From the NCBI GenBank assembly GCA_964471275.1, contig CAYYGZ010000009.1:1-38750 (forward strand): a stretch of DNA of 38,750 nt, read 5' to 3'. Below the pieces are notes generated by a model that was not told where the DNA came from, did no database searches, and worked only from the letters and a program-made list of their open reading frames with translations. Below, one piece after another: positions 18,008 through 26,396 of this stretch (within the stretch, counting starts at the first letter, position 1; every line of letters begins with the position of its first letter). The translations under genes and the position numbers were made by a program. This stretch comes from an uncultured bacterium. GTDB taxonomy: Bacteria; Latescibacterota; UBA2968.

Positions 18008-18976
18008 CTATTCATCCAGTGAGAGTCCGATCTGTTCCTGAAGCAGCTGAATGTTGAACAGCGCGTTCTGAACCGCCTGAGTTTTATAATGGTTGTTCCA
18101 CGCGATGGCGACCGAGCTGGTTTTTAATCCTAGCTCTAATTGGGCCGCTGTTCGATGTCTCACTTCATCTTCGTCATACATATAGTCGTATCGCGCGTTT
18201 CTTGCGGCGATGCGTTCCTGGGATGTTTTCTGTTCCCCTTCCGGATACCAAGTCCTCACATTCCTTCCGCTGTATCGCACGTATCCCTTGTCTGTCGTTG
18301 CATACGCCTTGAGTGGGAAGGCGTGCCGAATCGGTGGAATCTCGGTGTTGCAGATTCCGATGCCGCTGTCTTTGAGCGCCTGGATGGGGTGCATTTCGTG
18401 CCAGGAGATGTGACGAAACTCGATGTGCACATCGAGACCCTCGTGCACGGCTTCCGAAGCAACAGCCAGAAGGTAGTCCAGCCGTTTCTGACTGCGTACG
18501 ACGCGATCCTCCAACTGGATCAGAAAGCTGTAGAAGCGTCCGGATTCGGCTAGGGGGCTGACGGCAGTGACGTGATTCCGGGCAAGCTGTTTACCGGCTT
18601 CGACATCCCACGTTCTGGTGTGTGAGATAGATCGGTGCATTTTGACGGCGTATTGCATCGATGGTTTACTGCGTCTTTCGATATCGAGAAAATTGCCGAT
18701 CATCGGTTCTCGGTAGAAGGTGTTGTTGATCTCGACGAAGGAGAAGAATCTCTGGTAGAACTTCAATCGATCGTGGTCCTCACGCTGACTGTCTGTCAGT
18801 TCTGCCATCTGGCGCTTTGTCGCTTTTGGCGGGTTGAACCGACCGATCCAATCGTCAAAGTGATAGCCCGACGTACCGACGTGGTATCCTGTTCGGGAGA
18901 TGTCGGGGGGGACAGGGAAGGGGGTCCAGTCAACTGCCCGCGAATTCGGGATCGATGTAAGGGTTAGCTGTTGCAC
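18008..18976 (-). CDS. DUF72 (YecE/YunF-like TIM-barrel) protein
   Basis: GTSG.....W, FVEINNTFY, AVK, IEFRH.SW, YVR..GRN, RYDY.Y and NNH...AV.NA motifs. Confidence 0.88.
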   Translation of the reverse strand: MQQLTLTSIPNSRAVDWTPFPVPPDISRTGYHVGTSGYHFDDWIGRFNPPKATKRQMAELTDSQREDHDRLKFYQRFFSFVEINNTFYREPMIGNFLDIERRSKPSMQYAVKMHRSISHTRTWDVEAGKQLARNHVTAVSPLAESGRFYSFLIQLEDRVVRSQKRLDYLLAVASEAVHEGLDVHIEFRHISWHEMHPIQALKDSGIGICNTEIPPIRHAFPLKAYATTDKGYVRYSGRNVRTWYPEGEQKTSQERIAARNARYDYMYDEDEVRHRTAAQLELGLKTSSVAIAWNNHYKTQAVQNALFNIQLLQEQIGLSLDE

Positions 18977-18979
18977 GGT

Positions 18980-19168
18980 TTATCGTCGAACAGTCGTTTG
19001 TATGCGGTGTTCCTGCTGCCAGCTCTTCCTGAAGGGTGCTTCCGATGTCTGGTGACCGGTTCCGCGTTCCAGTGCGCGTTCAATGTGATCGGTGGCCTCG
19101 ATTTCCCTGTCGTGGGCGGCACGGATGTAATCAGCCATTTGCCTGCGGATGTCTGGTTTTGCGAACAT
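18980..19168 (-). CDS. 62-aa hypothetical protein closely coupled to DUF72
   Basis: GGAGGAG RBS 6 nt before ATG19168; MFAKPDIRRQMADYIRAAHDREIEATDHIERALERG...; the stop lies 3 nt before the DUF72 GTG. Confidence 0.6.
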   Translation of the reverse strand: MFAKPDIRRQMADYIRAAHDREIEATDHIERALERGTGHQTSEAPFRKSWQQEHRIQTTVRR

Positions 19169-19377
19169 CTCACGCTCCTCCTGGCCTCGTTTCAAGCTGC
19201 CTGCGCAACCCCATACTTTCCACATCAGGTCGTGTTTGTCAGCATAGCAGGACGCTGCGGCGAGTAGCTCGGATGCTCAGCTTCTCTGTTGGTGTCCGCT
19301 TTTGTCCACCGAGGATGGTATCACACACGACAAAGGACATCTCTTTCTCTAGGAGTCTGTGAGTGAGCCGATCGAGA

Positions 19378-20631
19378 TCAGCGCTCGTATCCGTGGCCCT
19401 CGTCCTGCAGCTCGAGATGGTCGATCAGTTCAGTCGGCGGATTATCGGAACGCTTTGGACCGGCTTCCACATCCGGTTTGACGTAGCTGGCTGCCGGAAT
19501 GACCGCGTCGAAACCGAAACGATCACGCACCTTCGACATGGCGTGACCGATCGTGCGCTGTCGCCTGTCGTGGGCGGACTCGAAGAGGTCGATCTGATTC
19601 GTGTCCTGACGCGGCTGACGGACGACGAGCCGAAGCGTTTTGATCGCGACACGCCGCTGATACAGGTCCCGAAACAGCTGGAGCGCTGTGTGTGTGAGCG
19701 TATCTCGCTCGTGTGTCGGTGATGCAAAGGAGGCCGTCTTCTGTGTGCGTCGGTTGTCGGTGTAGGTCAGGACAAAGGTGAGTCGCGATGTCCATACGGA
19801 TGCGCTGACCAACAGGTGTGACAATTTGTCGGCCGTATACCGGACGTGCTGCCTGAGTGTCTTCTCGTCGTTGATGTCCCGGTCGAGTACCGTTTCCGCA
19901 TCGATCGTTTCCTTCTTCTCGACTTTCCGTTTTGCATCGACACCGACAGCAAGGCTGTAAAGACGTTCTCCTTCACTTCCCAGACGAGCAACCAGGGCAT
20001 CCTTCCCAAGCGTCTGGATCTGACCGATTCGCTTGATTCCGTATTGTCGGATTTGCTCTTTCGCCTTTCCGGAAACGCCCGGCAAGAGGTCGGCACTGAT
20101 TGCGGCGAGCGTCTCCGGTTCGGTCCCCGGGATACAGACGCGTGTGTCGCACGGCCGCGCGAGTCTGGCGAGCATGCCGGCGATCAAGCGTGAGGACGCG
20201 ACACCGATGGCGACGTCACGCAGACCGATCTTGGTGACGATATCATCTCTGACCCGGTTCGCGATCTCCTCGGCATCAACGTCCATTTCAATCGGGGTTC
20301 CCGACAGGTTAAGCGTGCAGCGACCATATTCAGTGACGTCAAATTCCGGTGTGTAGTGCTCGGCGACCCACCCCAACTCGTCACGCGCCGTCTGCTCGAT
20401 CAGGTCGTCTCGCGTGACGACTTCGACTTTCGGATGTCGCTTGAGGACGGTCTGAACGGGCTGTCCGCGTCGAATGCCGAGTTGCTGTGCTTTCGACGCG
20501 CACGCCCAGACCGCACACTTGTGGCTGCCCGTGTTCTGCCGGACGACGACAAACGCGTGTCCCCGGAGCGTCGGGTCGTAAGCCGACAGTGCTTGGGCGG
20601 AGAAGTGATCGTGGTCAAGAGAGATGAACAT
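19378..20631 (-). CDS. Y-family (DinB/ImuB-like) polymerase homolog, probably catalytically inactive
   Basis: LDHDHF (DMDxF-like), A...GIR.GQP, IGVASSRLIA.M.A.LARP, LPGVSG and a QIDLF clamp motif. The catalytic SIDE motif is replaced (YTPEFDVTEYGRCTLNLSG). Confidence 0.85.
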   Translation of the reverse strand: MFISLDHDHFSAQALSAYDPTLRGHAFVVVRQNTGSHKCAVWACASKAQQLGIRRGQPVQTVLKRHPKVEVVTRDDLIEQTARDELGWVAEHYTPEFDVTEYGRCTLNLSGTPIEMDVDAEEIANRVRDDIVTKIGLRDVAIGVASSRLIAGMLARLARPCDTRVCIPGTEPETLAAISADLLPGVSGKAKEQIRQYGIKRIGQIQTLGKDALVARLGSEGERLYSLAVGVDAKRKVEKKETIDAETVLDRDINDEKTLRQHVRYTADKLSHLLVSASVWTSRLTFVLTYTDNRRTQKTASFASPTHERDTLTHTALQLFRDLYQRRVAIKTLRLVVRQPRQDTNQIDLFESAHDRRQRTIGHAMSKVRDRFGFDAVIPAASYVKPDVEAGPKRSDNPPTELIDHLELQDEGHGYER

Positions 20632-20679
20632 GAGGCAAGGTCAAATGACAGGCGGAAAGTGAGGTTCTTCAAACTAGAG

Positions 20680-20750
20680 CGTCCTAGGGCAGAGCCCAGG
20701 GACGAGGAGCGCAGGGAATATGATGACCCCGGGCTCCGCCCGGGACGACC
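20680..20750. repeat. Pair of inverted REP-like hairpins (BIME-like) between dnaE2 and the DinB/ImuB-like gene
   Basis: CGTCCTAGGGC-AGA-GCCCAGGGACG on + and GTCCCGGGC-GGA-GCCCGGGGTC on -. Confidence 0.6.
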
Positions 20751-20824
20751 CCATTCGTGTGATGGCAGACGGCAGAGAAGGGGCAGGTTGTTTGTGTACT
20801 CTACTGTCGAAATCTGGCCGACAC

Positions 20825-23800
20825 CTAGGCGGCTACGATGTCCGCATATTTCTCGAAGCCGGTGAAGGATCTTTCCAGGCGTTTCGAAGCCAGGTCGACG
20901 TCGACCATGTTCGGTGACCAGGAGACGGCTTTAATCATGTCCGCTTCCACTGTGTACGTGCCCCATTCTTCTGAAACAATACCCCACATTTCGAAAGGTC
21001 CGGGTTCGGTCATGACGTCGGCGAATCGATCGTAGACCTCGGGCCAGAGGATGACGTCGGTGACTTCGGTCTTGTCCTCGATCGTGATGAAGAGCATCGG
21101 CTGGCCACTGTGCTCGACGTGATGGACCCTGCGGGTGACGGGCCAGCCGAAGACCTTGACGCGCTGCCCCTGATACTCGGGTAGCCGATTTGCGGGGACA
21201 GCGTTTTTTGATGCAGGGTGCATGTCCAGTATTTCCAGTATGTTACCTGAAAGCATGAAGCCCAGTAAATACAGTTCGTTGAAGCATCGTTCGGCAAGCG
21301 TGTAGTCGTCCAGACCCGGATGTTCATTCATCAGCGAGGAAATATCGGCAGACATACCTGCCCCGAGTGTCGTCGAAGGATCTGCGGGCCGGGTCTGGAA
21401 CAGGGTGGGTTCACTGGGGCGTAATCGTCCGTAAATACCGTCGAGCTGGTATAGCATTTCGGGCTGGGTGAGGCCGTATCCGTCGAAGGCCCCGACGAGG
21501 ATGAGTTTCTCGATTTCTTTTCGCCCCATATCGACACGCTCGACGAAGTCGATAAGATTGCGGAAATCGCCGTTTCCTCTCCGCTCACGAAGGAGGTTGG
21601 CCAGACCCTTCTGCGTGAGGTTTCGTACGTGCATCATGCCCGGACGGATCCACCCGTGCTTGCCCCAGTATTTGTCGCGAGATGCGTTGATGTTCATCGG
21701 CAGGATCGAGATGCCCCAGCGACGCGCTTCGTTGAGGTAGGCCTCTTTGGTGTAGAAGCCGTGTTCATTGCTGATGACCGACGCGATGAATTGCGCAGGA
21801 TAGTAAGCCTTGAGATATGTGCACTGGAACGAGAGCTGTGCGTAGCTCGCGCTGTGTGATTTGCAGAAGCTGAAGCCGGTGAACGAACCGATCCTTGTCC
21901 AGAGTTCGGCGGCCTGTTCGCGGGTGAGCCCGCTGTGGTCGATACAGCCCTGCACGAACTCTTCGGCTGTCCGCTGGAGGACGCGATCTCCCAGCCCCCC
22001 CTCGTGCATGCTGTTCATCATTTTTCGGATCTTGTCTGCCTTCTTGAAGCTGAGCCCGGCGACCTGGTGACAGATTTTGGTGACGTCCTCCTGGAAGGCG
22101 CAGACGTCGTGCGATTCGTTTAGGATCGGTTCGAGCGAGGGGTGGAGGTAATGCCAGTCGACGATCCCGGCCTTCATCTTGCGGTGTCGCTCGATAAACG
22201 TGGCGGTGTATGAAGCGCCGGCAGGGCGAACGAGGCTTGAGGTGATGGTGAGCTCCTCGAAGGACTCGACCTGTGATTTTTTGTTGAGTCGAGTCTGAGC
22301 GGGGCTCTCGATGTAGAAGATGCCCTTGGTGCGTCCCTTTCGGATGACGTCGAGGACACGCTCGTCGTGGTAACATTTTTCGAGATTCCAGACTTCGGGA
22401 TCGGGATAGTGTTGCTCCTCGATCTGACCGAGCGTGTCACGGAGGACCGAGAGAGATCCGTTTCCGAGTAGATCGAATTTGATGAGCCCGAGGTCGTCGA
22501 TACCGTTGTGCATGTCGATCTGCGTGATCAGGCGGTTTTTCTCGCCGCCCGAATACTCACACGCGACGTGCCGAAAGATCGGATCATTCGTGATGAGCAC
22601 CCCCCCCGGGTGCTGACCGAGAAAGCGCGGTTTGCCTTTGATCTTTGACGCGATCGTCATGATGCGTTCGAGTTCGTCATCGTGAACCCGGCGTGTTTTG
22701 GTTTTGAGGCTTTTCTGGATCTCAGAAATTTCCTCTTCCGTGTAACCGATGACTTTGGCGGTTTCGCGGAAGGCGGCACGTCCTCGAAAGTGATTGGTGG
22801 TACACGTGAGGGCGACACGCTCGCGTCCCCAGCGCTCGACAACGTGCTGGAGGATGTCGTCGCGCTCATCCCACCCGAAGTCGAGATCGGCATCAGGCGG
22901 AGAGGCGCGGTCTTCGTTCAGGAAACGCTGGAAGTAAAGGTCGTATTTGATCGGATCGAGATCGCTGGCGCCGATGTTGTAGAAGATGATCGAGTTGGCC
23001 GCACTGCCACGAAGGATGGTGCAGTCCTTTGGCTTCCGGTATTCACTCTGGAAGCGGTCGTTGGCCCAGTTCCGAATCTGCATGACCATCAGGAAATACG
23101 AGGAATAACCGAGCTTCCTGATAACCTCAAGCTCCATATCCTGGATCTCTTTAGCGCGATCGTACTCGGGCATGCCGGCATAATTGTCGAAGAGCCCGTC
23201 ACCCGCGACTTTGGCGAGATAGGTGTCGGGCGTGTGTTCTTCGGGAACCTCGATTTGGGGCAGGGTCCACTTGCCGAGATCGAGCTTGATCTGACACTGG
23301 TTGGCGATGCGCTCGGTGTTGCGGAGGGCTTCCGTATTGTTCGGGAAGAGCCGCTCCATCTGGTCCGCCGGTCGAAAGAAGCCGTTGCGTGACGCGTGCT
23401 CGTGCGGCTTGAGCCGAGACATGGTTGAGACGAGTCCGATCGCTGTGAGCGTTTTGTGTGTGTCCCAGTCGTCGGGATGGAGGAAGTAGCTGTTGTTGGT
23501 GGCGATGAGTGGAAGCTCGAGTGCTTCGGCTTTTGTAGCGAGAACGCGGCTGCGACAGCGCGTGATCGCACTGTTGTTGACGATCTCGCCATAGAGGTTG
23601 GCGCGGTTGGGTGTTTGGGCGAGGCACTCGAGCAGGTCGGGAAAACCGGTGAAGATGAAGAGATTCGGCCAGGGTTTGCTGAAGATGCGTGCGATCGAAA
23701 AGGCCGGATCGCAATGCCGCAGCGTGGTGATCTCGCAGAGATCGCTGTAACCGGTCGCATTCTTAGCGAGCAATACGAGACCGGGGAGGGTCGCATCCTC

Positions 23801-24034
23801 CCCGAAGGAACCCGCAGGGTTCCCCGGGACGGTCAACTCGACGCCGAGGATCGGGTCGATGCCGTAATCCTGACACGCCTGGTAGAACAGGATCAGGCCG
23901 CTGACCCGGTCGATGTCGGTAAGTGCGACCGAACTGAAGCCGTAATCCTTTGCGCGCGCGACGATCTCCCGAGGAGTGCAGACACCCGCGTGGAAGGAAA
24001 AGGTCGAATGACAGTGCAGGGGAATCAAAATCAC
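20825..24034 (-). CDS. dnaE2: Error-prone DNA polymerase III alpha subunit (DnaE2-type)
   Basis: PHP start LHCHSTFSF, RGSAANS, FQRFLNEDR..PPDADLDF, GQHPGG, KFDLLG, FYIESP, FSFCKSH and a C-terminal OB fold with no tau-binding tail. Adjacent to a Y-family gene; GGAGAG precedes GTG24034. Confidence 0.9.
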   Translation of the reverse strand: MILIPLHCHSTFSFHAGVCTPREIVARAKDYGFSSVALTDIDRVSGLILFYQACQDYGIDPILGVELTVPGNPAGSFGEDATLPGLVLLAKNATGYSDLCEITTLRHCDPAFSIARIFSKPWPNLFIFTGFPDLLECLAQTPNRANLYGEIVNNSAITRCRSRVLATKAEALELPLIATNNSYFLHPDDWDTHKTLTAIGLVSTMSRLKPHEHASRNGFFRPADQMERLFPNNTEALRNTERIANQCQIKLDLGKWTLPQIEVPEEHTPDTYLAKVAGDGLFDNYAGMPEYDRAKEIQDMELEVIRKLGYSSYFLMVMQIRNWANDRFQSEYRKPKDCTILRGSAANSIIFYNIGASDLDPIKYDLYFQRFLNEDRASPPDADLDFGWDERDDILQHVVERWGRERVALTCTTNHFRGRAAFRETAKVIGYTEEEISEIQKSLKTKTRRVHDDELERIMTIASKIKGKPRFLGQHPGGVLITNDPIFRHVACEYSGGEKNRLITQIDMHNGIDDLGLIKFDLLGNGSLSVLRDTLGQIEEQHYPDPEVWNLEKCYHDERVLDVIRKGRTKGIFYIESPAQTRLNKKSQVESFEELTITSSLVRPAGASYTATFIERHRKMKAGIVDWHYLHPSLEPILNESHDVCAFQEDVTKICHQVAGLSFKKADKIRKMMNSMHEGGLGDRVLQRTAEEFVQGCIDHSGLTREQAAELWTRIGSFTGFSFCKSHSASYAQLSFQCTYLKAYYPAQFIASVISNEHGFYTKEAYLNEARRWGISILPMNINASRDKYWGKHGWIRPGMMHVRNLTQKGLANLLRERRGNGDFRNLIDFVERVDMGRKEIEKLILVGAFDGYGLTQPEMLYQLDGIYGRLRPSEPTLFQTRPADPSTTLGAGMSADISSLMNEHPGLDDYTLAERCFNELYLLGFMLSGNILEILDMHPASKNAVPANRLPEYQGQRVKVFGWPVTRRVHHVEHSGQPMLFITIEDKTEVTDVILWPEVYDRFADVMTEPGPFEMWGIVSEEWGTYTVEADMIKAVSWSPNMVDVDLASKRLERSFTGFEKYADIVAA
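21357..21380 (-). repeat. 24-bp REP-like repeat in frame within dnaE2 (reads PSTTLGAG)
   Basis: TCCTTCGACGACACTCGGGGCAGG is 18/24 identical to the intergenic CCCCTCGACTTCGCTCGGGCCAGG at 36882-36905. Confidence 0.6.
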
Positions 24035-24154
24035 CTCTCCGCCCAACCCCACCCCCGCGGGGGCGTGAGGCAAGGAGCGGGGCCTCAGTAAGAGGTAGAG
24101 AGGGTGGTGAGGGAATGGGCCGGGTCACGTAAGGGGGCGAGAGCCAGCGTTATT

Positions 24155-24205
24155 TGTATACTGAACAGTGCACAAATGTATACTATTTCAGAGAGGAAAT
24201 GTCAA
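24155..24205 (-). promoter_or_regulatory. dnaE2 promoter with overlapping palindromes (candidate SOS-type operator)
   Basis: Minus strand TTGACA (24205-24200), 17-bp spacer, TATACA; AGTATACA repeated 22 bp apart; palindromes TGTATACTG-AA-CAGTGCACA and AGTGCACA-AA-TGTATACT. Confidence 0.55.
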
Positions 24206-24485
24206 GCCTGGATGCCGTAATGTCTGTAAAAAGTCTTCGGCGCGTCGCATATCGTTACGCGATATGTCCTTAAGAATCAGTCGGTTGAAATGTGACCAGA
24301 GCGTGTCCATACTTATAGAACGCACGCTACCCCCAAAGAATCAACAGCGTGTTATTCTGGATTTTCCCCTCTTTGCTGGACTGAAAGAATCGTCCAGACC
24401 TCGGTTTCCACGCCGTAGCCCTATCTCAGTCTCCCCATAAACGCCATATCCCCATTTCAGTGACATCCTTGCGTCGGAGGCGTTT

Positions 24486-24914
24486 ATGGATGCTCTCCTT
24501 GCTGTCATCTTCCTAGGGTGTGTTTTCTGCTCGGGGAAGGTCATTTTCGATTTCGTATCACACGAATCAGTCGTCGCGCCACAGACCGCCTTTTTGAGAG
24601 CTGAATCGGATCGGGTCTCAGATGAGATCGAACGAGAGTTCGTGTTTGCCGCCAGCATGCGTGACCACGTCGAATCCGGGCGTTGAGAGGTTGGTTCCCT
24701 GCGTCGGCAATCGCAAGACCTGCGTCGGGAAGTCGATATCGAGCGAGTACGCGGACGTCGGCTTCAGATTGCCTTGTATAAGCGGCGTATCCGCGAGGGC
24801 AGACGTGTTCTGTTCCCTAGGTTTTATGTGAACGTCTACTGCTGTGTTGAAGTGATTCGCTCTCTGGACAACAGAGGGTGTCTTGAGGGGAGATCAAAAT
24901 GGCCGACTGGGTGA
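24486..24914 (+). pseudogene. N-terminal membrane anchor plus coiled-coil protein, paralog 1, with in-frame TGA at 24684-24686
   Basis: GGAGG RBS; MDALLAVIFLGCVFCSGKVIFDFV...ESGR*EVGSLRRQSQDLRREVDIERVRGRRLQIALYKRR continues in frame past the stop. Confidence 0.55.
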
Positions 24915-25231
24915 TGGTCCTGTTGGATTTTGGTTGTATGGTGTTCATTGCCAAAACTGCGCTGGAGCACGTCTACCAGGTCAGGGAGCTGTAGCTGCAG
25001 GTAGATTCCCTGATGGCGAAGGCCGCTGTCTACGAGGCGCGGACGGAAGAGGAGATAGATCTGCGCTCGGCAGTCAAGGAGGCCGATCGTGAACTGGACG
25101 GGGTCAGACGGCAGCTGAACACAGCGTTCAAGGCATTCGAACAGCTCGAGGCGTCGGCGCATCAGAACCAGTTTCGCCAGGGCGTGCGAAACGGCAGGCG
25201 AGCGCATCACGCCGTGGCCGCCGCAGACTGA
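24899..25231 (+). pseudogene. N-terminal membrane anchor plus coiled-coil protein, paralog 2, with in-frame TAG at 24992-24994
   Basis: GAGGGGAG RBS; MADWVMVLLDFGCMVFIAKTALEHVYQVREL*LQVDSLMAKAAVYEARTEEEIDLR... is in frame with ORF 25013-25231. Confidence 0.55.
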
Positions 25232-25348
25232 CCTCATCTTGCAGGAAGACTAAAGGAATCTGGATATCCGTCGATAAAAATGGTGACGTGATTCACCATT
25301 TTTCTTGGGGAGGGTGCTCACCAGGACGGTAAAGCACCCTACTAATGT

Positions 25349-25379
25349 GAAGGCCTCCGAGCTTTGCTTGGAGGCCTTC
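25349..25379. terminator. Strong hairpin between convergent genes
   Basis: GAAGGCCTCCGAGC-TTT-GCTTGGAGGCCTTC, a 14-bp stem with one G-T pair. Confidence 0.65.
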
Positions 25380-25416
25380 TATATGTACCTCGTCCGGATG
25401 TCGGCAAAGCTGAGTT

Positions 25417-25947
25417 TCATCCCCAGATGAGATGCCGTGTCTCGACCATCTGGTTGACACGACGCGGTGGGCTGGATACGGTCGTTATCGACAAATCAAT
25501 CTGCATGGGACTCGGATTGACCAGATCCTCCGTAGCCGTAAACGTCAGAGTCATCACGTGGCCTGTCCTGGGCAGCGGCGCAAACCCGAACCGTGTTGAG
25601 CTGAAGATCAGTGTCTTGTTCGGAACGCCGCTCATCAGTTCACGCTCCTGCCAATCCCTGGCGGAAGTGATGGTCAGCGGGATGCGTCGATCCGTGAGCC
25701 GTTGAACGGCGAAGCTGTATTCGTAGATGCTCTGTCCTGCGGCACGAGGCGCAAAGATCTGTATGTCGAAGGATTCGCCTCTTCTGACCGGGTGTGCGGG
25801 ACCGGAACCGTCGTAGACGGCAGGGGACTCGACCTGTGTATCCATCAGGATCAGGCCAGGTGAACGGAACACCTGTGTCTGAGGCAGGTGACGCTGTGCG
25901 GGGAGGAGTGCTGCCGCGACAATCAATATGTAGAGAAGGAAGCTCAT
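25417..25947 (-). CDS. Secreted hypothetical beta-rich protein (paralog of 35279-35864)
   Basis: Signal peptide MSFLLYILIVAAALLPAQ; alternating hydrophobic strands; clear similarity to the second copy. Confidence 0.75.
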   Translation of the reverse strand: MSFLLYILIVAAALLPAQRHLPQTQVFRSPGLILMDTQVESPAVYDGSGPAHPVRRGESFDIQIFAPRAAGQSIYEYSFAVQRLTDRRIPLTITSARDWQERELMSGVPNKTLIFSSTRFGFAPLPRTGHVMTLTFTATEDLVNPSPMQIDLSITTVSSPPRRVNQMVETRHLIWG

Positions 25948-26396
25948 TCTATGTCGAGGAATCGACGGGCAGGACGGGAATCTTTAGCTCCGTGGACGCG
26001 CATGCTGCCGGATCGCCTTCCCAACAGCGAACTTAGTCTGCACCGCGCCCTCCAGACGGTCCCGTGCTATCTGAGCACTCCTGCCACCGCACGGTCAGCC
26101 AATGCAGGTTTTCGAGATCGTTCAAGAGCTCTTCTTTGAAGCGGATATCTGGCATCGTGCCAGACAACGACGCAGAGGCCATGCCACCTGCGTGTGTTTG
26201 GGTTTGAGGGGAGATACTCGGTAGCTTCATGTCAGAAAGCCGATTTCAAGCTCTAGACGAAGCGCGCTAACTTATTCTCCACTGCTCGCCTCAAAGTCGA
26301 TGTTCTTGGATTGCCCATAAGTAATAAATATACGAGTCACCCGGGCTCCCGTCACTTCTGTTGAAGCAGAAGTCGAGCGGCACAGATATCCTACGT

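Noticed and set aside
24684..24994. Selenocysteine/pyrrolysine or alternative genetic code explaining the in-frame stops
   Set aside because: TGA and TAG act as normal stops for many conserved genes in the window, and neither site is in a redox or methyltransferase context.
26033..26230. 65-aa ORF upstream of the secreted protein
   Set aside because: No clear RBS or motif; it may be real but cannot be supported.
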